Below, in pieces: positions 12,854 through 25,630 of a DNA stretch of 64,000 nucleotides (position 1 is its first letter; every line of letters starts with the position of its first letter). The notes below the pieces were generated by a model. It had not been told where the DNA came from and made no database searches. It saw only the letters and a list, made by a program, of their open reading frames with translations. The stretch covers positions 108,958,872 through 109,022,871 of the forward strand of contig NC_068983.1 in the NCBI RefSeq assembly GCF_001194135.2, in the 5' to 3' direction. The translations under genes were made by a program, and so were the position numbers. The stretch is from Octopus bimaculoides. Taxonomy: Eukaryota.

Positions 12854-12869
12854 CTTTTCTACTATAGAC

Positions 12870-13010
12870 ATAAGGATTGAAATTTAGGGAGGGGGCTAAT
12901 TAATTACATCAATCCTAGTGCTTAACTGATTATTTCCTTGATGGAATTTGAACTCAGAATGTAAAGATAAAGTGTTGCTAAGCATTTTGGCCAGCATGCT
13001 AACAATTCTG
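12870..13010 (-). mobile_element. Deu/Nin-type SINE fragment
   Basis: Reverse complement of the family head (ttggcagaattgttagcatgctggccaaaatgcttagc...ctgagttcaaattcc). Confidence 0.6.
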
Positions 13011-13949
13011 CCAACCAATGATAATATAATAAAAGACAGCCTGACCACTGTTTGTCTGTCCATCACAACTTATATATCGGAAGTAAGAAGAAAGGGATGA
13101 GTAAAAGTTGTTGTTGAGAGAGAAATTCAGAATGTGTGTGTGAAAGATAGATAAGAAGTGTTGTTACCATAGTAACTCACAAGTTTTGATTAAAAACATG
13201 AAAATTTTAAATGCATGTCTGTCAACATAATGCAACACAAACTTCAAAATATGTTTTTCACTAATATGCTATTAACTGGCTATACCATATGAGACTATGC
13301 CATTTCTGTTACACGTATATATACATACACACACATATATATATATATATNNNNNNNNNNATATACTTATGCTTTTGTTTGTTTGTGTGTGTTTTGTTTG
13401 TCTTTCAACATATAAACAATGCAACACGGACTTTAAAAACGACTTTCACTATAACGACAGTGTCGTTGTTGAGAGAAAAATACAGTGAAAAAGAGGGGAG
13501 AGGGAGAGAGAGAGAGAGAGAGGTGGGAGAAGTAGAGTGTGTGTGTGTGTGTGTGTGTAAAAGATAGATATAGTGTTGTCATCATAATAACTAGTGAGAC
13601 TTTCACTATATAACAGTCCACTATCAACTGGCACATTACAACTAGTTTCAGTAATAACGGCCATATTATTGTCATGCACAGCCAACCAGATTGTAAAAGT
13701 CAAAATATTGTTCAACGAATATTGTTCACTCTGTAAAATATGAAAAACGTTATTTGAAATAAATGTAATTTGTTCAACAGTATTCAAACTGTTATTTATG
13801 TTCATTGAGAAAGTCAATCTAAACACTATTTAAACAAATTAATGAAGGTTCATGCAAGATTAACAAATATTTTTACTGACAGCATAGCGATGGGTAACAA
13901 CCTAGCAATAATGATAATAGAGATAATACAGTTAGTAACAACAACAATT

Positions 13950-14135
13950 TGATTTGAACAGATGGATAGAGGAAATAGGCATAAAACCTAGTTTAGTACA
14001 GCTCCAGAAAACAGTATTATTAGGGACAGCTAGGATACTTAGGAAGGTTCTTGGCATCTATGGTTACTTGCTGTAGCCTGGTGCTAAGAATTTCTTTCGA
14101 GCAATCTAATCTGTTCTGCGTGTATGAAATAATAA
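13950..14135 (+). mobile_element. 3' end of an R4/Dong-like LINE (end of the restriction-like endonuclease region)
   Basis: Translates DLNRWIEEIGIKPSLVQLQKTVLLGTARILRKVLGIYGYLL*. The LQK.VLLGTARILR.VL motif is typical of the C-terminus of these elements. A short UTR ending in aataataac follows. Confidence 0.75.
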
Positions 14136-14187
14136 CAGAGCTTATTACATACAGTATTCAGGTGTGCAACAACTTAGAAAAACCTAA

Positions 14188-14302
<115 letters not shown>

Positions 14303-15199
14303 GATTAGCTCAATATAAGCAACCTCCTTTTCACCAAGTATTCAAGCAATTGTATGCTTTGTCTGTATTCTTTCAAGGCAAGTAGCTATTTTTCCTTTTT
14401 ACATTATTCAGTTTACTTATTTGAAGAACTAGGTAAAAGTTAGTGAAACTCCAGAGAAACAGAGTATTGGAACAACCAAAATAAGTCATACTCTCCTGTG
14501 TCTATTAATACTAACATATATGCACATATGTGTGTGCTAATTCGCTCATTCAATTACTGCAGCTCACCACTTTGAGTTCCTCCAGTACCTTTACATTTCT
14601 AGAATTCCACTATCTCCACCAAGTCCTCATTTACTGAGTTACCACAACTAGGAGTCTATTATACATCCCTCTATAAACCTTTCAACTTCGAGGAAATTCA
14701 TTCATTGAAAACAAATATTTTTCAATAATTTCCATCTTTTCTTTTCAAGCAGCAACATAGAGAAACATGAACCACAATGAATGTGAATCAATACAAGCAG
14801 AGCAGAAACTCTGAAAATTGTACACATGAGCTTTCAAGTCACAATAAAAGCAATCCATGTAAAAGAACTACAACTCCAAATAAAATCTGATCCAGTGTAA
14901 AAGAGTCACTATAATTCTAAGAGACAGCCTCTCAGCAGTATGGTTGTTGACAAGAAGAGCACTCAGTTGTAAAATCACTCCAGAGACATGGTAGTCAAGA
15001 TAATTGCATGTTCATATTTAACAGTTATTATGTTACAGTTGTATGTAGTAGTAAGATGTCCAAGTGGAAGCATCTAATGTGTGAAAACTCTTTGGTCAGG
15101 CTCAAGTGATCACAAAAACTCTGTTCTTTTCACATGTGGAAAACAGACATCAAGCAACAATTTACCCACTACTATAAACCACAATTTTTTTTAAGAAGG

Positions 15200-17000
15200 T
15201 ACAAAACTTCACAGTTGCAAATACCAACTCCGGTACAAAAATATGTCTGGAGAAACTGTGAAGAAGATGGAGCAGATAAAAGTGGGTAAGTTTTGTGTAC
15301 AAGAGGTGGTGAGTTACCTGAACCAGATACTTCATAGGCAAGGTGCACAGGTACAGATTCTTCTTAATATTGGGGCAATTAAAGTAATTGCCCACTACTA
15401 TGTGACAAAATGTGACAAAATAGTAATGATTAGACTTGTCATGTACAGTGAGGTAGCATCAAACAGCTCTGCATTTGCACTCAATCAAGAGTGACAGATG
15501 AGTAAAAGGGCCGTTTCTGTGAGACCCTGTTGCAGATTACCTTGTAATCTGTTAATGTAAGTGGTTTTAATAAACATGGTGAACCAACACAGTGACTATT
15601 CCTGTGGACATGGAGACTATGAATACTTCATGATGATAAAGAGAAATAAACTCTTTCAAAGTTTACTAATGCAAATGACTTCGCTCTCTGCAACAGCAGC
15701 TTCATAAAATTAGCCGAACACTTTACCACCTAATCAAGTGAACACATAAGTCAGACAGACTTCAAGCTCACCAGAAAACAGGATGGATAGATGGTTATGA
15801 ATACCGTCTTTCTCCAGTGAAGTTTGTCCCATTCAACATACACTGGTGAGTAGTGACTTCAGAGTAAAAGCTAAATGGATTCAGAGATACGAGTCAATTT
15901 GAAGGAAGCATTGAAAATTAAAAGATCCTTTAGCAAGACAAAGCTCTAGAGATATTCTAGGTGACACCTAGAGAAAGTCAGAAATTGTGGAGGTAACTTA
16001 CGATGAGCAAGTGAACAAATCTGTGGTTGGAGAAAAGGAGAAATAGTTGTAGGATGATACAAATAACAGAGTCATAAAAGCTAAGAGACATGCTTGAAAA
16101 GAGGTGAGCTGGAACAATATCCAGCTGCTAGAAGAAAAGCTAAGCATCAAAGGAACTTAGTATGCAAATGAATACCCTTCAAGACTCATTTCTCAGTCAT
16201 CATTAGTTTGTCTCCATAACAGATAATTTTAGGACTGGCTGTTCCTGAGAACTCTTGTATGTTGATGATCTGGTTGTCACATATGAATTTATTGAAAATT
16301 AAGAGAAGCAACTCAAAATACTGAAGCAAAAGCTAGAAAAAGAAATGAGAGGTTTCAAAATAAATAGTAGAAATGAAGGCATGACTCTCCTAACTATGCC
16401 CAAAATGCAAAAGAGAATTAGCTAGGATTTCCATTTATTGTACATAATGTAAACTATGGGTGTACAAGAGACATGGTGGGATCATAGGAATCTGACATAA
16501 CTAAGATCTTATATGTAGCAGGTGCACAGGAATCATTTACAGCAAGAACTCCTTGCACAGGAAGTTTGACAGAAGCAGTCAATAGTTTAGCTTGCCTAGA
16601 TAAGCAATGTACCAATGGAGGTAGCTGCTTCAAATGCATAACAGCCAGAGGGAGAAATGAGGGAGAAAGTTTAGGAAGTCATTACCTCTATTAGAAACAA
16701 AGGCATTCTCTCTTTGAATAAAATGTAGACTAGTGAAATATGGATATTAGTGCAGATGTTACACAAAAGTTGGAAAGAAATGGCCTGTGAAATGTGTAAT
16801 GTTAATGTGTATGGATGAAAGAGCAAAGATCAGCTGACATAAAAACTGGGTATAGCAAGACTTAGACATAAAGTCTAATACAGAGATGTTATGTATGGAA
16901 GAAGAGAATTGGGTAAAGGAGGGTAAAGGAATCATAAGAGAAAAAATATGTAGAAGAGGAAGGCTGCTGAAAATAGGAACGCACAAAGAGGAAACATGCT
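15200..17000 (+). mobile_element. Highly degenerate RTE-clade LINE (APE endonuclease, RT and C-terminus)
   Basis: Broken APE motifs (CVQEV, SAFA-, GFN-HG, AND...N..F.K, QH.LV.DF). The RT motif RTG-P-ELLYVDDLV lies at ~16230-16275. Downstream are VNSLACLD (FxYLGD-like) and WKFRKSLPLL-like stretches. Confidence 0.7.
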
Positions 17001-17084
17001 ATTCTGGAAAAACCCATCAAAATCCCTAAAATTATGATGAGGATCACACACACACACAGATATATGTATATATATATATTTATA

Positions 17085-17290
17085 GTGGAGGTGCATGTCT
17101 TAGTGGTTAGGGTGCAAAAAAGATTGTGGTTTTGATTCCTAGACCAGACAATGCATTGTGTTCTTAGCCAAAACACTTCATTTCATGTTGCTACAGTCCA
17201 CTCAGCTAGCAAAAATGGGTATTCCTGTGCTGGACCAGTGTCCCATCCAGCAGGGAATATATGTGCCACAGAAACTGGGAAATATTCCTA
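17085..17290 (+). mobile_element. CORE-type tRNA-derived SINE
   Basis: tagtggttagggtg A-box, then gcattgtgttcttagccaaaacacttcatttcatgttgct. Confidence 0.65.
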
Positions 17291-17404
17291 TGGGTTTATA
17301 ACACTTGAGATGGAACTTTCTCTGTTTTGTATACATATACATACGCATATATGTATGTGTATGTCTGCATATATGCTTATGTGTGCATATATATATATAA
17401 ATAT

Positions 17405-17458
17405 ATATCATCATCATCATCATCATTGTTTAACGTCCGCTTTCCATGCTAGCATGGG
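17405..17458 (-). mobile_element. RTE-type 3' tail fragment with (CAT)n
   Basis: catcatcattgtttaacgtccgctttccatgctagcatgggttg; the same tail occurs at 18875, 38768 and 55230. Confidence 0.8.
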
Positions 17459-17481
17459 TTGATATATATATATGTATGTAT

Positions 17482-17580
17482 GTGACCGAGGAAGACCATT
17501 GCCGACCTTCAGGAACATTGTGCGATCTAAGGTCGGCAATGGTCTTCCTCGGTCACGAGTGGACGGCCATCATCATCATG
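17482..17580 (+). mobile_element. 3' UTR end of an RTE-like LINE with a 28-bp fold-back inverted duplication
   Basis: 17482-17509 is the exact reverse complement of 17529-17556. The forward part matches the LINE end at 59650-59700. Confidence 0.85.
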
Positions 17581-18194
17581 CATGTATGTATGTATGTATA
17601 TATATACGCACACATGCACATATATGTATCTATCTATATATACATCCAGACACATACTTTTATACTCATACACAAATATTTTATATATTTATCATGCTCT
17701 GAAACATATGGGTATTGAGTTCTAGCTCCAGGTTATTTGTATCACTATGCCTAAATGATATATATGTGTATATATATATATAGATAGATATAAAAGAGGA
17801 ATGACTGTAAAAACACATTACAAAGGATATATCGAAAACAATTCAAAATTATTTATGGATATATAAGTGGCCAGAATATGCAATCAAAAACGTTTTTCAT
17901 AAAAGAAGATTGTTGAATTGTGAATAAATCACAATTATAACATAGAAGGTTATAAAAACCCTTACATGTCTAGAAATAGCAGTCAAAACCGTTATAAGGC
18001 AACTATAAACACTCTTATTATATCTCCTCAACAATAAAAGTTGTTGGCGAGCAACATAACATAAAAATTTATGATTTAAACAAAAATAAAAGGTTAGCCC
18101 TCTATTGCATTTTCAAAGTTAGGAATCAAAAATAGATCCATTTTTCTCATCAGGAGAACATTCTTGTACATAGAAATTAACACAAAAAACTTAC

Positions 18195-18330
18195 CTTGGA
18201 GTTTAACATGTGTGCTGACTGGCAAGAATAATGTGTCAACGTCTATCTACACTATTCAAATTCTGAATTCAAACATCACGCACAACGTTTATAAGAAGAG
18301 ACCAGTTAAACGAGCCACGGCAAAGAATTG
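18195..18330 (-). other. Candidate first (5') exon of the minus-strand gene
   Basis: Consensus donor AAG|gtaagt at 18195/18194, locally CpG-retaining non-repeat sequence, and an in-frame ATG giving MLNSK before the donor. There is no transcript evidence. Confidence 0.35.
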
Positions 18331-18874
18331 GATATGAGTGAAAAATAAATAACAGAGGTTTTGACTGCTATTTCTAGACATGTAAGGTTTTTTTATAACC
18401 TTCCTCTCTTATACTTGTGGTTTTTCACAATTATACACTTTCCTATATATATATATATATATATATATNNNNNNNNNNNNNNNNNNNNNNNNNNNNNNNN
18501 NNNNNNNNNNNNNNNNNNNNNNNNNNNNNNNNNNNNNNNNNNNNNNNNNNNNNNNNNNNNNNNNNNNNNNNNNNNNNNNNNNNNNNNNNNNNNNNNNNNN
18601 NNNNNNNNNNNNNNNNNNNNNNNNNNNNNNNNNNNNNNNNNNNNNNNNNNNNNNNNNNNNNNNNNNNNNNNNNNNNNNNNNNNNNNNNNNNNNNNNNNNN
18701 NNNNNNNNNNNNNNNNNNNNNNNNNNNNNNNNNNNNNNNNNNNNNNNNNNNNNNNNNNNNNNNNNNNNNNNNNNNNNNNNNNNNNNNNNNNNNNNNNNNN
18801 NNNNNNNNNNNNNNNNNNNNNNNNNNNNNNNNATATATATATACACACACACACACACATATACACACATATAC

Positions 18875-19230
18875 ATCATCATTATCATCATCATCATTTA
18901 ACGTCCACTTTCCATGCTGGCATGGGTTGGACGATTAGACTGAGGACTGGTGAGCCAGAGGCCGCACCAGGCTCAATCTGATCTGGCAAAGTTTCTACAG
19001 CTGGATGCCCTTCCTAACACCAACCACTTTGAGAGTGTAGTGGGTGCTTTTAACATGCCACTGGCACAAGGGCCAGTCAAGCAGTTCTGGTAATGGCCAC
19101 ATTCGAAAGGTGTTTTTACTTGCTACCTGCATGGGAGCCAGTTCAGCGGCACTGGCAAAGACCACGCTCGAATGTTGTTTTTCACGTGCCACCTGCACAT
19201 GTGCCAGTAAGGTGATGCTGGCAATGAACA
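18875..19230 (-). mobile_element. RTE-tail retroposon 3' end with (CAT)n tail and internally repeated 3' UTR units
   Basis: catcatttaacgtccactttccatgctggcatggg...gtttctacagctggatgcccttcctaac. Confidence 0.8.
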
Positions 19231-19232
19231 CA

Positions 19233-19297
<65 letters not shown>

Positions 19298-19298
19298 T

Positions 19299-19348
<50 letters not shown>

Positions 19349-19999
19349 TTAGGGATAAAATATATTATAAATTTTTTCTATGTGACAGTAGATTTTCATC
19401 GATGAGATCATAAACCTTGGTTCTTTTCCCTAAAACTATATATATATATAATCAAATGAATAATAACGGACGATGGATAATTGCCACCTCATAACAGTTG
19501 ATTGTTACACATCCTTTTAATAGAAGAATGAGAACATTACTCCATTACAAAAAACCATAATCATCCGATGAAATGTCATTTTGCAAACAAAGGATATCCC
19601 AAGAATACAGCAGGGGTGTGGCTGAAGTCTGTTGAGGCCAACTATAAAATGGAAGAATGAGCAGCAAAGTTGGCTGTTGAGGTTAAGACTATAGTTTGTG
19701 AAAGTGTGTAGTATGATAGTTAAGGTCAGCAACCTGAGTGAGATAGGAGTCTGCTAGATTGGTTCTTAGGTAGGCTGGAGTGGGGTGTAGGTGATATTTT
19801 GTTGTAGTAGGTTTAGAGAAGTGGAGAGCTGGAAGAGGACCTAAGATAAATTAAGGATAAACAATAAAAATAGAAAAAAGAAGTAAAAAGCAAAAGTGAA
19901 GGAAAATAAATGCATACAAGTCAATTAGGCATAGGATCAGGGTTTCGGATTTGCTAGCTAAGGCTAAAGATCAAAGAGAGGAGGGCAGAGATACACAGT

Positions 20000-20135
20000 G
20001 GTTGGCATTAGGAAGGGCATCTAGTCATAACAGACAATTGGAATCTGGAGAGCTCCCAGCTGGCCAGCTCCATGCCAAACTGTGCAACCCATGCCAGCAT
20101 GGAAAGTAGATGTTAAATGATGATGGTGATGACGA
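20000..20135 (+). mobile_element. RTE-tail retroposon 3' end
   Basis: ggcattaggaagggcatc...ccatgccagcatggaaagtagatgttaaatgatgatg. Confidence 0.7.
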
Positions 20136-20499
20136 TAAAAGCAATGGCTGAAGGTACAGAAAAGTGGAAATAGTGGGCAGGAAAGATGATGAGAAATGGA
20201 AGTGATTGCAAAAAAAGTGGTGGGAGAAAAGTAACCAAAAGGGAGGGAATGAAGTGCATGACTATTCTGCTCTTGGGTGATTACAGCAGCAAAGTAGAAC
20301 CTTAGAGAGAGATGTGATGAGTGTTAAAGGATGAGATGTGGAGGAAATGCATGATGAGACACAGAGAGAGAGAGAATAGAGGTGGAGTAGGACCTAGCAC
20401 ATACAAGTATTACCAGGAGGATATCATTTCTGCTGTGGTGGATGGATCTTCTCAAGTACAGAAAAATGCCACTCATTTTGTTCCTTTGTCATCTGCATA

Positions 20500-20960
20500 A
20501 AGCTTAGCCTTCACTATTTGTCTTCTTGGTTCTTCCTCTCCCAAAAGTCTCATCCACTTTAAGCTATCAGCACTTTTTTTATGTGACTGTCCTCAGTCTT
20601 CTCTCTTGCACTCTACATCTAGTTCTTCTTATGCCTAACTTTTCTTTCAATATTCTAGCAATTTTATCAAAAATACACACTAACATTGCACATCCAACAG
20701 AGTATACTCTGCACGAAGCATTTCTGTTCATACAATCTTCCTTTCATTTGTTACCAACAAAGCTCTCTGTTGGTAACAAATTTACTAAAAGCTTTGTTGG
20801 TAAAAGCTCTCTGAAGTTTCTCCATCATATTCTTATTCTAGCAACTACACTTTTGAGACATCTTCCACTTCTAATTAGGTCACCTAGGAAACAAAAATTA
20901 TTTACAACTTCTAGAGAGACTCCAGGGTATTTGGGAAAATCAATTCCCCATGTATTTTTA
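20500..20960 (-). mobile_element. Degenerate RTE LINE fragment (post-RT region)
   Basis: EVVNNFCFLGDLIRSGRCLKSVVARIRI, equivalent to the EVVDSFxYLGD..SxGGC..xVxARIR motif. Confidence 0.75.
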
Positions 20961-20984
20961 GTCTTTATGGCTCCTGTGAAAGTG

Positions 20985-21345
20985 CATGGCTCAATGGTTA
21001 GAGTGTTAGGCTCACAATCTTCAGGTAGTGAGTTCGATTTTTGAACCAGGCTATGTGTTGTGTTCTTGAGCAAAATATTCTATCACACATTGCACCGCAA
21101 TCAATTCAACTCCTTTACTTCATGTTGCATCTGTAAAACTGAGTTGTGACACCACTGATGCTAAGCTGTATCAGTCTTTGCCTTTCCCTCAGATAACATC
21201 AGTGGCATGGAAAGGGGAGATTGGTATGTATGGGTAAATGCTGGTCTTCCATAGACAACCTTGCCTGGACTTGTGCCTTGGAAGGGAATTTTCTAGGTGC
21301 AATCCCATGGTCATTCATGACCAAAGGGGGGTCTTCACCCTTTCA
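20985..21345 (+). mobile_element. tRNA-derived CORE-type SINE (long subfamily)
   Basis: tggctcaatggttagag A-box, gagttcgatt B-box, gtgttcttgagcaa core; collinear with 54090-54415. Confidence 0.8.
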
Positions 21346-21861
21346 CTCTATGGCCTCTGTGCATCTTCCACACACAAACACTACTTCCTCTGTTAACCTT
21401 CCTATGATTTCACTTCATGTCTTGTGTACACTGCTTAAAGCAAGAAACTAGTAAGCAAGAATATATCTATATGCATAATGAGTAAGAATGCATCAAAAAG
21501 GTGTATATTGGATACAGACAATTAGTGCTCAGACCAGCCCAGATATCTAAAATCCAAATACTAAATGAAGGAAGATGGAATCCAGGCAAACTGGGTTGGT
21601 TAGTGACACTGTACTGGTCAAGCTAATGAAAGCATAATGATAAAGAAGAAAAAGAAAACAGATGGATAGTAGGTTGATAATAGAATTAAAGCATTTATAA
21701 AATAATTACACAGAAGTGAGTATAAATATAATTTAGCAATAAAACAGGAAAATAGTCTTACAAAGAAAGGTAGATATTCAGAGATTTCATATTCAAACCT
21801 AACAAATAAGAGAGAAGAGGATAAGGGTAATCCTTTACATCTGTTCCTAGGGTTTAGTGAT

Positions 21862-21947
<86 letters not shown>

Positions 21948-22234
21948 NNNNNNNNNNNNNNNNNNNNNNNNNNNNNNNNNNNNNNNNNNNNNNNNNNNNN
22001 NNNNNNNNNNNNNNNNNNNNNNNNNNNNNNNNNNNNNNNNNNNNNNNNNNNNNNNNNNNNNNNNNNNNNNNNNNNNNNNNNNNNNNNNNNNNNNNNNNNN
22101 NNNNNNNNNNNNNNNNNNNNNNNNNNNNNNNNNNNNNNNNNNNNNNNNNNNNNNNNNNNNNNNNNNNNNNNNNNNNNNNNNNNNNNNNNNNNNNNTATAT
22201 CTGTAAAAATATGTGACACTTATTCGGTTGCCAT

Positions 22235-22295
22235 GATAAAACTCCGAGTTTCGGATGCCGGGGTGGGAACTCATGCCAACACCTCTTCAGTTATC
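22235..22295 (-). ncRNA. Type-I hammerhead ribozyme with canonical core
   Basis: The minus strand reads GAUAA-CUGAAGA-GGUGUUGG(14-nt loop)CCGGCAUCC-GAAA-CUCGGAG-UU-UUAUC. All conserved core nucleotides are present and all three stems can pair. Confidence 0.75.
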
Positions 22296-22825
22296 CGGCC
22301 ATTGAAAATTCCTGTGAAAAATGACCGTTAAACAAAGGGAAATTACTATGTGAATGATCGTTATTAAGACAAAAGAGCTATAGACCACTAAGTAAGGGGA
22401 GGGGGTAAAGGTAAGGGAGTAGATAAGTCTATAGTGTTCACGTAAGCGCACCAATCCGTACATTCGCCTATATGTATATGTTAAACCAGCCTCGCTTGAA
22501 ACACACAAATGCTCACCCACATCCTTGCCAAAAACTATACATATATGTACATATACATATATATACCCGCATACATGAGTATACCCGCATACACACCCAC
22601 ACACACACGCACTCAACAACCTCGCACACATACACAAGCAAGCAAAAAAAAATTGATAGGGCTAAAAGCAAAATACAGAAGAAAGTGTGGGAAAGCTATA
22701 GGATTAAAACGTGTCTAATATGCGCATACCTTCGCATGCACGCACATACATCTATATACGCATGTACCTGCACACATTCACAAGCGCGCACATAATATCT
22801 TTCTTTCTTTTGTTGCCCTTTCTAT

Positions 22826-22875
<50 letters not shown>

Positions 22876-22880
22876 GTGTA

Positions 22881-23270
22881 GGTGCAGGAGTGGGTGTGTG
22901 GTAAGTTGCTTGCTTCCCAACCACATGGTTCCGGGTTCAGACCCACTGCGTGGCACCTTGGGCAACTGTCTTCTACTATAGCCTCGGGCCGACCAAAGCC
23001 TTGTGAGTGGATTTGGTAGATGGAAACTGAAAGAAACCCGTTGTATATATATATATATCTATATATATATTTGTATGTATGTGTGTGTATATGTTTGTGT
23101 GTCTGTGTGTGTCCCCCCAACATCACTTGACAACCGATGCTGGTGTGTTTAAGTTTAGCAGTTCAGCAAAAGAGACCGATAGAATAAGTACTGGGGTCGA
23201 TTTGCTTGACTAAAGGCAGTGCTCCAGTATGGCCACAGTCAAATGACTGAAACAAGTAAAAGAGTAAAAG
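22881..23270 (+). mobile_element. Near full-length bipartite SINE with internal microsatellite
   Basis: ggtgcaggagtgg.tgtgtggtaag head, ggttcagacccactgcgtggcaccttgggcaa core, (TA/TG)n centre, and gactgaaacaagtaaaagag tail. Confidence 0.9.
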
Positions 23271-23284
23271 AGAGAGTATATATA

Positions 23285-23480
23285 TAAAACAAATAATAAA
23301 TGAGTATATGCACATGTACGTACAGGTATGGGCATACCTACGTCTATCTGTATATATAGGTGCATATCTGGGTACAGGACATTGCAAACAAAACGTAGAC
23401 AAAAAAATAATAATAACTAGAGTACAGAAAACACACAGGCCACATAGAGAACATTTTCCTTCATCAGCTATATATATGAC
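23285..23480 (-). repeat. Interspersed repeat homologous to 5930-6180
   Basis: Reverse-complement similarity by eye. Confidence 0.8.
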
Positions 23481-24248
23481 AGATAGATTTATATAGATTA
23501 TCTAATATCTGTTTTTATGTTAAGTTACAATAAAAACAATTTTACATTAAACTGAAGGATGATTTAATATTATATGTGGAACACATATATTTTTACAAGA
23601 AGCATGACCTGCTATCCAATGTGTGTGTGTGTGTGTGTGCGAGCAGATAGACACACAGAAAGGTATGCATACACATGTAAATCATATAGTTTGATAGGAT
23701 CCAATGAGTCAAAGGACTTCTTTATCTAGTGCCTCAGTTTTAGTATGATTTTGCAATGGGATGCTCTTCCTAGCACCAACCACTTTACAGAGTGTAGTTG
23801 TTCCAGTTTTTCATGAGACCCAGGACTATAAACATGTTACTCTTCGCAAGAGGGTTATACAATGCCTGTAGTCCTGGCATGATGATTTGATGGCAAATAG
23901 AGTATTGGCTGTATGTGCAGACAACTTCAACAGTGTACTAGGTGCATTTTACATGACATAAGTACTGGTGAGTTTGCTAGTAACTTGCAAAGTTAAATAA
24001 CCTGTACAACTGAGAAAAAGAGTAAGAGAGAGAGAGAGTAATTGAGATGGTGCCGTGAGAGTAGTGTGATACCAATTAAGGTGAGTGGAATAGATTTTTT
24101 TTTTGTGTATATTTATACATTTACAAAAAAAAGATAATATATATATGTATATATACGTGTGTGTGTGTGTGTGTGTGTGCATATATGTATATATGTGCAT
24201 TTATGTATTTGTGTGTATATATAAATATGCATGTATATATATATATAT

Positions 24249-24318
24249 TCTTTTATTCTTTTATATGTTTCAGTCCAATGACTGTGGCCATGCTGGAGCA
24301 CCACAAACATTTATATAT

Positions 24319-24363
<45 letters not shown>

Positions 24364-24505
24364 CACACACGCACAACAGGTTTCATTCAATTTCTGTCTA
24401 TCAAATCCACTCACAAGGCTTTGGTTGGCCTGAGGTTATGGTAGAAGACAGTGAGACAGAAGCCAGAACCATGTGGTTGAGAAGCAAACTTCCCACCATA
24501 CAGCC
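24249..24505 (-). mobile_element. Bipartite SINE, internally deleted copy
   Basis: Reverse complement of the 22881 family on both sides of a (CA)n run. Confidence 0.8.
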
Positions 24506-24629
24506 AAAACACCACATTTAGACAGAGAGATAAATATACATGTACATGAATATATGTATATATTTATCAACACACACACAGAGGCAGAGAGATAAATATA
24601 TATGTACATGAATACATACATACACACAC

Positions 24630-24672
<43 letters not shown>

Positions 24673-25369
24673 CATATAAACGCACACACAGACACACATA
24701 CATATGTATACATATTTTCATAAAACTACCTCTGTATGCATTAGATTTCTGAAAATTCTTTCCTTGAGTGATAGTAGAGAAAATGAAATGTGAAGAAACT
24801 ACTACAGTGCAATATTCAAGCAAAGGGAAGTAACAGTATGAAATTGTTCACTAAAAGCAAGGAAATTATGTAAGCTTACAAATATTTACTATTCAATGTA
24901 ACATTCAGTAACAGGTTCATTTGTGGAAACTGCAGTTTTTAATATTTCCTTCAGAAAGTGAATTTCTTGTCATTGAACATTAACATTTATACAAAATTGA
25001 ATTCTAAATTGACCTTCATAATATAAGATACTATTTTACCAACTCAAAATATTTTAAATATCCATATATCATTTTCAATCTGCTTTATTCTGTTCATAAG
25101 AGTAGCTCTAATTAATTATTTCTTCTTATTATTTCAATTAGTAAATTTTATAACAATTTTATTTACTTTACAAATTACAATGTGATAATATCAATTTTAC
25201 TTTGATATGTAAAAACAAGTTTCTCTTTTCTAATAAGAATGAATATTATATTTCCAAACTTCATTTATTTTACTCTCTAAAGTAGCAAACCAGTACCATA
25301 GGGCCTGTTTTTAAGTGAATAATACTGAAGTTACTAAGTATTGTAAATATTTCATCATCATCAAAATGG

Positions 25370-25630
25370 AATATATGATTCACAAAAATATATTTCTTCT
25401 TAAAATATAAAATAAAATGAGCATTAAAATAACGATTTACAAATTTTAAAGTAGACTGTTGTGGTTGTGTCCTGTATTTTATTATGTAAAATGCAAAAAT
25501 ATCATTCACAGAAATATGTTTGTTCTTAAGATATAAAATAAAATGAGCATTAAAATAATGATTTTAAAATTTTAAAGTAGACTGCTGTGGATGTGCACTG
25601 TATTTTATCATGTAAGATATGAAACTATCC
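25370..25630. repeat. Tandem duplication, unit about 126 bp, 2 copies
   Basis: aaaataaaatgagcattaaaataa.gattt..aaattttaaagtagactg recurs at a 126-bp offset. Confidence 0.85.

Noticed and set aside
23440-23475. CUGAUGAAGG on the minus strand
   Set aside because: There is no properly placed GAAA or stem II, and the homologous copy at ~5955 lacks the motif.
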